From assembly GCA_037447605.1 (NCBI GenBank), contig CM074814.1, positions 2,852,001 to 2,916,000 on the forward strand: 64,000 nt of DNA, given 5' to 3'. Numbering within the stretch: position 1 is the stretch's first letter; each line of letters begins with the position of its first letter. The translations under genes and the position numbers were made by a program. Of the stretch, positions 25,701 to 37,994 are shown in pieces. The DNA is from Zygnema circumcarinatum SAG 698-1b (taxonomy: Eukaryota; Plantae; Zygnematophyceae). The notes beneath the pieces are model-generated. The model was not told where the DNA came from and did no database searches. It saw only the letters and a program-made list of their open reading frames with translations.

Positions 25701-27075
25701 GAGCAGGGGCACAGGGGTAAAATTATCTCCTTCAAACCGGAAGCCTGTATCTATATTTATATCTGTATCAAACAGGAAAGGAACGAACTAAAACAAGAAA
25801 TTAATAAAGCTACGTATGAATGAGCTGTGACCGTAGAATTGTTAAAAAAGCAGTAATTGTGATGAAGGTTTTTGGAAGGCTTAAGTCTAGAGACTTGTTA
25901 AGTTTGATTCGGAAACCTGGGCTCAGCGTTGTCGGCTTGTGGCTTGAAGAAAAACCACACTTTTTGCACTGTTTTCAAGGTTTATGAGCCGGGAGGGGTT
26001 CAGAGTTTCAGAGTTTTTGAGTACTTTTTAGTTGTTTTCGGGTTGGTAGCTTTGGTGAACGCTTGCTTTGTAAAGGTCTGTCTTTGGAAAAGGATCTGAT
26101 CTTGTATGGAGTAGTTCTATGCATTTGGGAGGCATGTAAAGCAGAATAGATATTTTCGGGAGAGAACTAATGTAGTATTTTAGCTCATTTCTTCTGAACA
26201 GTTGGTATTGTGGAACTGACTTATCCCATAACAGGTAACGGAAGATTTTGATGAAGTGAGAATCTCGAGCCGAGGATTTGGCATACTCGATGTGGGCTAC
26301 AAGTCAACAGTACGTCTCTTTCCCGCTCCCTCCCCCTCGCCCTCTCCCTCATCTCCCTCTTCCTCTCCCTCTCCCTCTCCCCCTCGTCCTCTCCCTCTCC
26401 CTCTCCTACTCCCTCTCCCTCCACCTCTCTCTCTCCCTCGGCCTCTCCCTCTCGCTCTCCTCATCTCCCTCCCCCTCCTTATGGGTTACCAGTGACTGTG
26501 CCGCAGACAAGAAAATGAATACCCTCAGCCTACGAGAAGTGAATCAACTGAATTCGGTTCTTTTTAATCAAGTTTTCTGTTGCTTTTGTATGAGCGTTGA
26601 GGAGTATTGAGTAGTGAAATGGATTGTTTCTGAGAATGGAACGAAACCGCGACAACTCTACCAATCCTCAAAAGCCTAAAGACCTAGCCAAAACCCTAAA
26701 ACCCTAAAATCTTGTCGAGCTTTGTCTGGGCAGGAGGAAGCGTGGGCTGCGGGAGGCAGCGGAGTGCTGCTGAAGACAAGAGACGGCGGCAAGACATGGA
26801 GCCGCGACCGCGTGGCCGACAACCTCGCGGCCAATCTCTACGCCGTCAAGTGAGCGCCTTGGGATCCCTCCCTCCCTGCAAGTGGGGGTTCGGGGGTTTG
26901 GGCTTGGTTGGGTTTTTAGGGTTTTTAGGGTTTTTAGGGTTTTTAGGGTTTTGAGATGTTGTGGGCGGCGAAGTTTTTAACTGTTGAAGGTGGGATGGGG
27001 GCGGTTTGCAGGTTTTTGGGTGAGAAGGGATTTGTGTTGGGCAATGACGGAGTGCTCCTGCGCTATCTGGGCTAG
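22787..27075 (+). CDS. HCF136: Photosystem II stability/assembly factor HCF136 (Ycf48)
   Basis: Transit-like N-terminus with [13 protein letters not shown]. Then [30 protein letters not shown] / [19 protein letters not shown]...[12 protein letters not shown] / [20 protein letters not shown] / [14 protein letters not shown] / [25 protein letters not shown] / [10 protein letters not shown] / [14 protein letters not shown] / [16 protein letters not shown]. Eight exons. Confidence 0.96.
23790..24165. repeat. (CTCCCT)n hexamer microsatellite in HCF136 intron 1
   Basis: Long imperfect ctctcc/ctccct tract. It produces the spurious PSPS/LPLP/ERER ORFs. Confidence 0.9.
26913..26948 (+). repeat. Four perfect TTTTTAGGG units (telomere-like 9-mer) in the last HCF136 intron
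   Basis: tttttaggg x4 read directly. Confidence 0.9.
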
Positions 27076-27895
27076 ATGTGGTCTTATTTACAGACATTGG
27101 ACACATGACGCTTTTCGTTTCTAGCAATAGGGATTTGTCGGAAGGTTCTGATCCACAATTTTGGCTATCTTACATGTTAGCTCTATTTTGGTTGCTGGCG
27201 GTCACGTAGTTTTGCATGTTTGGTTCCAACGGTTGCGTTGCTGTTGTTGTTTTGGTTATGGTTGTTGTAGCGCCTGCACGCTCTCTTGCAAAAAGAGTCC
27301 AGAGAGTCCTAAGAGTTAGCTCTGACAATCGAGTTTTTTAAAAGTATTAAATCCGCTTTTGTTCACCAATTTCAGCTTCTATCGTCTTTATGCCTCTATG
27401 TTTTTGTCAACGCTTTATCAAACCATTTGCAATGTTTCAGAATAAGAATTTCCTGATTTAGTTGTCGCAGTGGTTTCTCAATCTACATGGAAGGTGGATG
27501 AAATGTTGAACACAGTAGATCACACGTGTGCACGGCACAGTATGTCAGGGAAGGGCCCAGAACGTGGCTGGGACATAAACAGGCGATTGTTCTTTACAGG
27601 TGTTGATCATTTTACAAATAGTTTCTGACCCAACCCACAAACCTTTTTTCAAAAAAAAAAAGGAATAAAATCCTCGGACCTTTTATTGAAAATCCTACAA
27701 TCTGAAAATTAGCTTATTCTCCAAAAACCACTTCAATTTGCCGTCAAAAACCCTTCGGAGCCGACAAGTGTGCCCCAAAAAATGATAGTAATCAGCAAAC
27801 CCGTAAAATGAGGCGACGATTTCTCCATCTTTCCAAAAGAGCAAAGTCAACCTTCATTGGAGCAATTTCTCCAAGAAATCTCTCAAAGGCGCATG

Positions 27896-30800
27896 TCAAA
27901 GTCTCCAGAAGGGACCCATGTATGAGCCTCCCATGAGCCACAGCGCGAGCGGCCCTATGAGGGGCATCCAGAAGGAGAAGGTGCAAAGATTGGGGCGCAA
28001 AGACATGGCTGAGCTCACTTTGCCCGCTTTCCCCATAATAAGGGTCATGTTCTGTGTCATGATTGCATCATCGTGGCCTGCGCAAGAGGACAGGAGGAGA
28101 GTGTGAGGAAGAGAGAAAAAGGGAGAGAGAGAGGGAGAGAGAGAGAGATAGGGAGAGAGAGGGGGGGGGAGAGAGGCTGACTGAATGGACACTGATCTTC
28201 TTCTCCCTCAGTACACTTCTCTACTGCTGAACTCTTCTCCCTCGCTCCCTCCCACCCTGCTATTCTATACATCCGCCACATTCTCCCTCCCTTCCGCCAT
28301 CGTCTCTCGTCTTCACCCCTCCGCCCGTCTTCATCTTCCCTCACTCTCCAACCCCCTCTCTCCCTCTCAATCTCCGACTTTCTCCCTCTCTCGAGAGAGA
28401 CAGAAACCTGTTGGTTTAGCATCAAGCACCTACACTCTACCTTCAAAAGCCGTCTTCAACCCTTAGAATACAGACTGCTGGTCCGATAAACATCAAGCGG
28501 GTCACATGCTTCACATTGTTCCACCAATAAATATAGAACGGCATCCAGCAAGTGGGATCAGAATAAATACGCACAATGAGAAGCATCTCTCGTTGAACAG
28601 AACACAAGCACGAGCTTTATCTGGCGAGCGTCTGAGACTCACAGTCCATATAGCTCCACCCGACCTGGCTGCCTGCCAGGTCATAGATGACGAGCTTGTT
28701 CCGCATTACCAAATCTGCAGCGAAATGGCGCCATGAGGATGATGTGAGAGGGGGGAGGAAGGGAGAATGGAGGAGAAGGAAGAGGAGGGAGTGGAGGAGC
28801 AGGACGAGAGGAGGCAGACGAGAATGAGGAGGAAGGGGGGAGAAATGGGGGGGAGAGAATGGGGGATGGAGGTTGAAAGAGTAAGAGGGAACGGAAAACG
28901 GGGAGGGATGGAGGGGAACGGGACTCGAGAGATAGTAGGGACTGCAGTCAGTGAGGTAGACACTGGCGGAGACAGGGAGGTAAAGGACGAGACAGGTTCG
29001 CTTACCACCAAGCACAGATAAGGCGAGAGACTTTGAGGAGGAGGGTTGCCATGCAAAACACGCCACCTGGCCAGTAGTAGCTCCCTGCAATGCAACGACA
29101 ATAACCTGATGAAGATAAAACCAGTACGCAACGCTAACGACAACAAAAATCTTAAAAAGTCTACATTTGTAAGCCAATACTCAGTGTCCTCCAGAGTAGC
29201 AAACAGCCAGAAGTTTGCCAAAAATAGCATGGACAATGTCCTCGGTGATATTCGTAACTGAAAAGCACACATAACTTGTAGGCAACGTATGACGTAACCA
29301 GTATACGGAAATACGCGAATGATTGTTAATTGGAAAAGGACAACAAGGAGGGCAGAGATTATTTAACCAAAAAACCCTACAGGTTTCAAAATAACTCAGA
29401 GCTGCCCTGGCGACGTACCTGAGTATACTCCAGGACAATAATATAATTGAATGCGGTCAATTGCATTACCGCACTGTCGAATTCCAGCGTAAAACTCGGG
29501 AAGACAATGGTAAGATCGCTCAAGGGCCTGCAACAGCGTGAACAGACATGAGAGACATGAGAGATGAGAGATGCGAGAAGAAGAGGAAGAGAGTTAGGGC
29601 GGAAAAGAAGGGGCAGACGAGACAGCAAGAGGGAGGAGAAAGTGAAAAGACGGCTGAAGCGACCGCGAGAATGAAAAAGAGAGAACGGGAGGGGAAGGGG
29701 GATGGGGAGGGAGAGGGGGAGGAGGCATTTGTACTTACAGACCCGTGAAATCCCAACAGTACTGACCCTGTGCATCTGAAAGTGAGAACTGGTAAATTGT
29801 GGGATAGGCAGCTTTCACCTGAGCACCTATCTGCGTGAGACATAAGCAACAAAAGAAACGAGGATACGAGGATTCAATCGCAGGAAGGGGTGACCGTAGA
29901 AAGAGAGAATGCAACAGAGCGAGAGAGGGGCGGAAGAGAGGTGAGCCAAAAGTGCAATCAGTGATGAGAGTCATGGAAAAGTGAGGGAGGGTGCGAGTGC
30001 GTGAGGGCGAGAGGAAGAGAGAGAAACTAACCTCCTCGCCCAGTGCTGTGTAGACACTATCTGGGACTAAAGCCAAGGTAGTTCCACTGTCTAATATGAC
30101 TCCCTGACCGGACGAGCTCGATCCAAATGTTTCCTCAGTGATGGATTCCATTTTTGTCGAGCCCACAGTTAATCCCTTCAGAGTTACATAGTAGTGGCCA
30201 CTGTACCGACACCCCCCAAACATCAATGGATTGGCAGTATCATCAGTTCATAGAAAACTCTCGCCCTCCATCTCACACACCACACACATCAAAGTTTTGA
30301 AGGCCGATAAAGTTCAAGTTTAAAAAGACCATTGAAATGGTTAAATCTGCAAATCCTATTACTTTGCAAAGTAGGCTACCAGTCCATTTCGCCCTCATTC
30401 CGCTTCCCCTTCCTCCCTCTCTCCGTCCCTACCTACCTCGCTTCCCCTCGCGCCCCTCTCCCCGTCCCATTTCCGACCCTCCCCACCACTCTCCTTCATC
30501 ACCTCCCCGTATCCTTCCCTCCCCCACCTCTCTCTATCTCTTCCTCCCTCTGTCAGTCAAGCAACCCACTCAACTCTCTTTTCCACAAAAAGCATTTGTC
30601 AAGCCTACTGACTCCAAATTTTCATTCCAGTCCCTAGGTTCTTCTTCAGAAAAGTGGTCATGGCATCTCCAAACCCAAAATTCACCTTTTCCATAAAAAG
30701 TGAAGCATGAATCCTTACTTGTTTGTTGGGAGCAAGGGCGTATATGCCGCTCCATCCACTACCACACTCCCCAATATGAGAGAGCCTTGACCGTACTCTT

Positions 30801-33280
30801 CCCCCCCTAGACAATGCGCAAACCCATCGGCAATAACGCCCTGGGCAGTCAACTGCTTCACTATGGATAAAGGGCCCCCTCCGAGACCCATCAAGCCATC
30901 TACAGACTGATTTCCTGTCAGCAAACCGCCTTCCTGAAAATAGCTACACCTGCAACATTTCCACAAAAAACAACAGTATAAGTGAATAAGCACTGAACAA
31001 TCAATCCTAAGAGCTAAGTGTACGGATTAGGGCTGCTCACCCGAAATAAATAGGGGTCTCCGTCATTACTCCCGCGAGAGAAGGGTACAACATATTATCA
31101 TTTATGGCGTAACCAGAGGTGATAGAGCGATCTCCATATACTAAGCGATAATAACATTTGTTATCGTTTTCAGCGAAAGGGCATGTCTCTCCCAAACTAC
31201 TTTGGGTTGTCTGCAACGATTTGCAAATGTCTTGAGAGCAATCCACCACCGAAGCTGTCGACGATGCTTCCGGCGAAAAGGGTTCGGCCAGCTGTCGAAA
31301 TAATACCAAGAAAAAAGGAAACAACAGTATAAATCAGGGCAGCTTTAACTTCCGAGAACGAGGAAGGCGGGAAGAAGGAAAAGGAACTAAATATAGGTGA
31401 GGGAGAGAGGAGAGAGGAGAGAGAGGGGAAAAGGGAAGGGGGGAGATGGTGTGAGAAAAAAGTGAAAGGATCGGGCGAGAAGGAGAGAAATCGAGACAGC
31501 AGGGAGTGAACAAATGGAGGGTAAAAGGCGAAAGCAGGAGAGCGGTTGGAGGAGACAAGTGGCAGCCAGGGGCAAACTGGAGCTAACGATGGAAGAGAGG
31601 CGGAAGTGGAGGGGAAGAAAAGAAACAGTGAAAGTTTTTGGGGCATTCGGCTCTTTTCAGCAGGGAAGGGGGAAGAAGTGAGGGGATGAGAGAGGACAGA
31701 CAACGAGTGGGAAGGGAGAGGAATAAGCAAGGGTACAGAAAAGGAAGGAAAGCGCAACAGGAAGCAGAGAGGGAGAAAAAGAAGAGCGGGAGGCTGAGGA
31801 AACCTCGTGCCACCCTCGTGCCTTTTCGACAAGGCACGAGGGTGGCAGGAGAAAAGAAGGGCAAGAGAGACAGGATTGGAAGAGAAGAAAACGGAGAGGG
31901 CAAAGAGAGATAATAAGAGGAGTAAAGGGGAAGGAGAGGAGACAGGAAAGGCCGAGAAAGAGAGGTATAGAGAGAAAGACGTGGCATACATCTCCAAGAT
32001 CGGAGCTGGTGGCACAGCTCGTACATGGCTGGCACTGTACCCACAACACATCTGAGCCCGTGTCTATTTGGACCTTATAATTCGTTTGGGGGGTCCCTAG
32101 CCCTACTGTTGCCCAATACAGCCTGGAGAAAACCAACAGAAAGAAACGGACAATAGGTCAAAGCAGAAAAAGGACGAGCCATAAAGCCATAACTTTACAG
32201 CCATGATGGTGGAAAAGTTTGAGTGATTGTGTACCCAATTCAACGACGGCATTCGAAGTTAGAACATTTAAAAGCCTGAAAAGTTGATTTTGAAGAACAC
32301 ATGTCTTTCGGAAAAAGAGAAGGGAATGCCGAAGGGACAAGGCATGACGACATGTCAGCTTGTTTCCAGTCATTTTTTTCAGTGTTGTACTCGAAACAAC
32401 CAGCGTCATCTATCTTGTCTCTCTTTCCATCCCCCTCCCACCCCCTCCCTTCCTCCTACTTCCTCTTGCAAGAGTCACCAACTCCTTCCCACCCTGAATC
32501 CCCCCCTCCCTCCTCATGAACATCCCAATACCCTCACCTTCTACACAAGTTTCCCCTCTCTAACACATCACCAATACCAACCCTCCGGCTATACCCTTCC
32601 CCCTTCCATACACGTCACTAATACACCCCCTTCCTCCTCTTCCACTCCCTTCCATCTCCGACCCCCTCCCTCAAACCGATCTCCTCCCCTTCCCTCTCTC
32701 ATGAACGTCACCAACACCCCTCCCCCCCCTCCTCTCAGCCCCCTCCCTCCCTCCCTCCCAGGACTCACCCTGCCACGAGGGGATCCGCGTTGCCGGAGAG
32801 CCCCAGGGCGGCCCCGCCTCCCACTTCCGCCTCCGCCAGCAGCCGGCCCCTCCGAAGGCGGTCGTGGCGGCGCAACATCTCCCCGTGCTCGCGCGTCATG
32901 GCGCCCCTCACAGCGCCCTCTCGGGAGGCGCTTCTGTGGGAGCTGCCGGGCAGGGAGGAGTACTTGTGCACGAGAGGGAGGTGGATGTAGCCCCTGCTGC
33001 TGGAGCTGTTATCGCGGAGAATCCTCCGGCTCAGTTCTTCAGGAAGGGAATGCAACTGGAGGTTAGGTTTCAAGGAGATTGCGATCGGGGCTGGTTGCAG
33101 GAAAGGTTGGTTGAGGGTTGGTTTGGAAGGGTCTGAGTCGCTTCTGTCATCTGCATCCAGGTTTTGCTGTCTGCATGCCTGGCCCGGACATGCTGAAGCA
33201 CTCGCATCGCAGGATAGGGAAAGCAGGAGGACCAGGGATTGCCAGTATTGATGCTTTAACCTTCTGCTGACTGAAACCAT
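27896..33280 (-). CDS. Secreted A1-family (pepsin-like, atypical plant type) aspartic protease with hydrophobic C-terminal tail
   Basis: Signal peptide ([16 protein letters not shown]) and pro-region. Motifs: [12 protein letters not shown], catalytic [52 protein letters not shown], catalytic [27 protein letters not shown]. Last exon 27896-28077 ends [24 protein letters not shown]. Confidence 0.92.
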
Positions 33281-33759
33281 TGGAATGACTTTAATGCTCT
33301 ATGAATGGACGATTTGGACTGAAAATTACACCAATAATACAATAATCTTTGCTATATGATACAGATCAGGATCCTGCTCCTCAACGGAGGCGATATAAGC
33401 CTCGGAAAAGCCTCCTGCAACGACCCCTGTTTAAGGAACGTTCGGTGCTGACAGGAGGCACGCAGGCACAAAGGTGGGGCAGATTAGGGCTAAGGGCCCA
33501 TCTGCGACGGACTGGGATGGGTGACTCTGTGACAGGCCGTCACGCGTCCCCTGGAAGGTCCCTTTCGGCGTCATCCGAGCGACGGAGAGGGACCGTTTGA
33601 TGTCGGTAAAACTTCTTCGCCTGCCCGTTTCTTCCCAGCCCGTTTCTCAACGTTGCCCGTGTTTCCGTTCTGCCCGGGGCGAAATCTTTTCTAATTTGCA
33701 AAGGTTTTTGTTTTTTTTTTTTTTTCCGAAGTCTGACACGAGCGACGAGTTACGGCTCG

Positions 33760-34330
33760 TATCCGTACAGACGACTCGGCTAACCAATTCAAGTCACATG
33801 TGACCCAAGTTTACGTGAATTTCCCTTCAAACTGTTTTCCCATAGGAAGGAAAGATTCGACGCTAAACTGAATGACCCTCGTTCAGTCTAAACTGTGTCA
33901 AAAGGACCAATCAGAAATAACCATGGAATCCGCCCGTGCCAACAAAGCCGGACGGGCCTGGGCGGCCGGTCGGACGCCATCATGACACCGCCAAAAGTCG
34001 CTAGCCGCCAAAAATCCTCCTTGGCGGTATTCCCGCTGCCGCCAGCCGTACGTGCCACCAGTTGTAATGGCAGGCTGGCACCAATGCCAGCTCACCTGTA
34101 CAAACGACAGCTGTAATACGTCCGTACTTACGACTGAATATCGAATCCCGTAGACGATAGCCGTATGAAGGGCGTAGGTCGGCGCCGGTCGACCGTATCC
34201 GTCGCGTCGGCTGGTCGTCGAGTCCCAGTAATTTCGCGTTGACTCGTACGGATAAATCTTTTGTCGTTTCCTCCGAAGTCAGCTTACTCGGCAAGCTTTC
34301 CTGTCGTTATTGGTACGGACGAGCTAACCG
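33760..34330. promoter_or_regulatory. CG-rich GTAC/CCAAT island upstream of the aspartic protease
   Basis: About 6 GTAC cores (ccgtac, tcgtacgg) and CCAATCAG at ~33908. Function is inferred from position. Confidence 0.35.
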
Positions 34331-35633
34331 CCGGAACAGGCGCGCTTACAGAGGGCGTTAGGCCGTCGTTTACGGTAATGCGACAGTTCAAAACTTCAGT
34401 TCTACAGGAAGCCTCACATAGAACCCGTGTTCGATCGTCCAACACGCGAAGTTGAGCCATTCACACTTGACTTCCCTCCGGCCGTGGGAGTTAGGACGCG
34501 TGTTTGGAGCCCATGGAAGTTGGTGCGGGTGCGGGACCCGAGCTATGGAGAGACATGGTGCGGTTCGCTGTGGGAGCCAACGGATGGCGGGTGGGCGGAG
34601 GCCATGCATGCATGAGGCATGAGGCCCGGCTTGCCATGCGCAGAAGAGCTGCCATACCGGCTGCCTGCCTACGCAACCAATCCTTGTGCACAAGCATTGG
34701 GTTGCAGACAAAAGGTGAGGGGAGACAGTACATCTCGCTTCATTGAATCCCGTACTGAAACGACTCACCACACAAACATTTGCTGCTGCCTGAAAGCAGA
34801 TGTCCTCATTATTAGTTCGGGGAAGGACACAACCTCGGCCGCCAAAAGCACTCTCTCGAATCCTTTCCACCGACTCTAAACTCCTCTTTTAAACTTCGAC
34901 TCATGTCTTTACTCCCTCGACTTCCGCTTAAAGCCTACATCGAACAGCTTCCTAGAACCTTCTCTGCAGCTCCTTACAGCTCCCATATACCTACATTTAC
35001 GCTTATTACCATTCGTCTCTATATAAATTAACATTATTAGCCAAAAATGCACCAGGCTCCATCACATAATCTCAAATAATCAAAATCATTTGCACTTTAA
35101 TACATATGTACTGTACCAACATACCATCACATATAGTGTCTATCCCGCCTTTCTATGACACAGTCCTCCCCCTCTTATTCCTCTCCTCCCTTCCACCTCC
35201 TTTGCATCCCCTCCAATCTCAGACGCCTCCTCCTATCTCAAAATTCATTTCAAGTTATACTACCTTCGCCGTTGACGTACGTTGAATGGCAAAAAAACAG
35301 TCAGACCATTCGAAAGCTCTCCTCCCCCCACCTTCCCCATGCGTACATGCATCTTAATCTTGTAAACCTGCACTGTTAACAGCGTGGAAAAATGAAATTA
35401 TGGACCCTAAATCCCATGAAAGAAAGGGCTCACACTCCCCGGCGGCCTTTGTTTCCCTCCCTCCCTCCCTCCCTCCCTCCCTCCCTCCCTCCCTCCCTCC
35501 CCCCTCCCCCCTCCCCCCCAAAGTAAACCTCCCTACTTGAACGTTCACCACCTCGCCCTCCACTCCTTAGCGCCGAGGTCGAGAAAACTACTGGCGAATG
35601 GGGTGCCGCCCTCGCACGTGCGTACGCGGCCCC

Positions 35634-36116
35634 TCAGCAGCGCACGCCGGGGGCGATGGACGCCGCCTTGCCGTTGCGCCACTTGACGGTCTTGGAGCAC
35701 CACGGGAAGGCCTTCTGCCGGTAGTACTGCACCTGCACGAAGCCGTACGCGGGAATCTGCGTCTGCCCGTCGGCGCCGCCATAGTTGAGGCGGCAGAGGA
35801 CGACCCCCCCCGTGGAGAATGTGGCGATGGCGGGCCCCTTCAGGCCCACGTTTCCATCGGGGAAGGAGGCGACGACAGAGGGCCAGGTCGCGCATTCAGC
35901 GAACCAGTAGGTGGTGAGGTCGGAGGAGCAGGGGTTGATGATTTTGTGCGTGAAGAGGTACAGGCTCCCGTTCACAGGCTTGCTGCTGCGAGTCGATGAG
36001 AACTGGACGGAGGCGAGGTTCCAGTCGCAGCTGCCAGCCATGGACGGGAGGAGGGCAGAGAGGAGCGCTAAAAGGAGGAGCTTGCCGGCGGCGGAGAAGA
36101 AGGAGCGAGCCGCCAT
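35634..36116 (-). CDS. Intronless secreted Cys-containing protein, TPD1 (tapetum determinant 1)-like, 160 aa
   Basis: ATG in a GCCATGGCG context (alternative ATG at 36128). Signal peptide KLLLLALLSALLPSMAG. Then C-DWNLASVQ...SKPVNG...KIINPC...C...P...CRLNYGG...IPAYGFVQVQYY...F. The Cys spacing and the I-x-N-x-C and C-x-(L/V)-N-x-G motifs follow the TPD1 pattern. Family call is by eye. Confidence 0.72.
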   Translation of the reverse strand: MAARSFFSAAGKLLLLALLSALLPSMAGSCDWNLASVQFSSTRSSKPVNGSLYLFTHKIINPCSSDLTTYWFAECATWPSVVASFPDGNVGLKGPAIATFSTGGVVLCRLNYGGADGQTQIPAYGFVQVQYYRQKAFPWCSKTVKWRNGKAASIAPGVRC

Positions 36117-36454
36117 GGCGCCCGTCATGAGGGGAGGCGGCGAAGGGGACAAGCGGGCGGAAGGGCGGGCGACGAGACCCGTGGCGGGCGAGCCCTAAAT
36201 TTGTAGGACTCGGGGGCTGGCGTTCCATGTGGCGGAAATTTGACCGCCGTTCGAGATTTGTACGGCCCGGGCGGTAGGCGGTCGCCGGTTCCGGGATTGC
36301 GCATTGGCCAATGGGAGGGATCCACGTAGGACAGGCGGTGGGGGAGTCAGAGGCCCAGTAGGTCGGTGCCGCCGCCAACCGTTTTGGCGGGTTCTGGCCA
36401 TAAGTAGGGCGGGGAGTCGGCGCCAGAAAAAACAAAAGATCGATGACGAAATTC

Positions 36455-36900
36455 GGACCGTACAGTTTCCGGACAAAATTTCGTACATCGTATCCGAGGA
36501 AGCGCAGCGATTGGCGTTTAATGTGTGGACGTTTAGAAGGTATCCAGAGGCTTATGTTGTCGTTTAGTTGGTGGTGGTCGGTGATTTGGAGCTATCGTAC
36601 AGTTGAACCGGGCGGCAGAAAAGCACCCAAAGATTGCCCGTGTCGGTGCCGTACGTATTTGGAAAGCTCACTGAAAAGCGACAAAGAGGAAACGTCTGGC
36701 GTCGACAAATCTGATTGGACAAACCTTGTCGCTTTTCGTGACCTCATAATTACTCAATCGTTCAGTCGTGGATTTTAAGCGTACGGCATCACCAGGTTCG
36801 TTTTTCAAACTGTACGAATGCACCGACCATTTTATGAAGCGCCGCAAAACCGTATCTTACCGCAGACTTCTAGAGCCGTACCGTACGCTTGACTGTACGA
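36455..36900. promoter_or_regulatory. GTAC-rich island upstream of TPD1-like gene 1
   Basis: About 9-10 GTAC cores, mostly CGTAC/GTACG, in ~450 bp (about 2 expected at random). Confidence 0.4.
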
Positions 36901-36943
36901 ATTTTAGATCATTATCTATGCTGTTAAACGGGTCTTGAAACTG

Positions 36944-37744
36944 ATCCGTTCATCCGTTCATCCGTTCATCCGTTCATCCGTTCATCCGTTCATCCGTTCA
37001 TCCGTTCATCCGTTCATCCGTTCATCCGTTCATCCGTTCATCCGTTCATCCGTTCATCCGTTCATCCGTTCATCCGTTCATCATCATCCGTTCATCCGTT
37101 CATCCGTTCATCCGTTCATCCGTTCATCCGTTCATCCGTTCATCCGTTCATCCGTTCATCCGTTCATCCGTTCATCCGTTCATCTGTTCATCCGTTCATC
37201 CGTTCATCCGTTCATCCGTTCATCCGTTCATCCGTTCATCCGTTCATCCGTTCATCCGTTCATCCGTTCATCCGTTCATCCGTTCATCCGTTCATCCGTT
37301 CATCCGTTCATCCGTTCATCCGTTCATCCGTTCATCCGTTCATCCGTTCATCCGTTCATCCGTTCATCCGTTCATCCGTTCATCCGTTCATCCGTTCATC
37401 CGTTCATCCGTTCATCCGTTCATCCGTTCATCCGTTCATCCGTTCATCCGTTCATCCGTTCATCCGTTCATCCGTTCATCCGTTCATCCGTTCATCCGTT
37501 CATCCGTTCATCTGTTCATCCGTTCATCCGTTCATCATCCGTTCATCCGTTCATCCATTCATCCGTTCATCCAGTTCATCCGTTCATCCGTTCATCCGTT
37601 CATCCGTTCATCCGTTCATCCGTTCATCCGTTCATCCGTTCATCCGTTCATCCGTTCATCCGTTCATCCGTTCATCCGTTCATCCGTTCATCCGTTCATC
37701 CGTTCATCCGTTCATCCGTTCATCCGTTCATCTGTTCATCCGTT
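36944..37744. repeat. (ATCCGTTC)n 8-bp tandem array, ~100 units
   Basis: Near-perfect repetition with a few variant units (atctgttc, atccattc, atccagttc, extra atc). Confidence 0.97.
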
Positions 37745-37869
37745 GATGATATTTCTCGAAGCCGTTCACACTGTGAAGACGACGACCCTCGGAAGTGCGG
37801 AAGGCCCTTGGACCATGGCCTGAGCGATGAAGATGGGGAATTAGGGTTCCATGGCTCCTGCTATGGGGA

Positions 37870-37886
37870 TTTAGGGTTTAGGGTTT
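37870..37886 (+). promoter_or_regulatory. Tandem telo-box (TTTAGGG x2) upstream of the RRM gene
   Basis: tttagggtttagggttt about 110 bp before the ATG at 37995. Confidence 0.5.
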
Positions 37887-37994
37887 TGGAGCTTGTCTTT
37901 TTTTTTTTTTCTCTCTCTCTCTCTCTCCCTCTCTCTCTCTCGCGTCCCACAAGGTCCCTCGCCCTTTTTTTGTCCGCTTCTGGAGCTGCAAACG

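Noticed and set aside
35545-35895. Overlapping alternative-frame ORFs around the TPD1-like gene, suggesting a frameshift extension
   Set aside because: These are GC-rich shadow ORFs. The main frame ends cleanly at a terminal Cys plus TGA, as TPD1-like proteins do.
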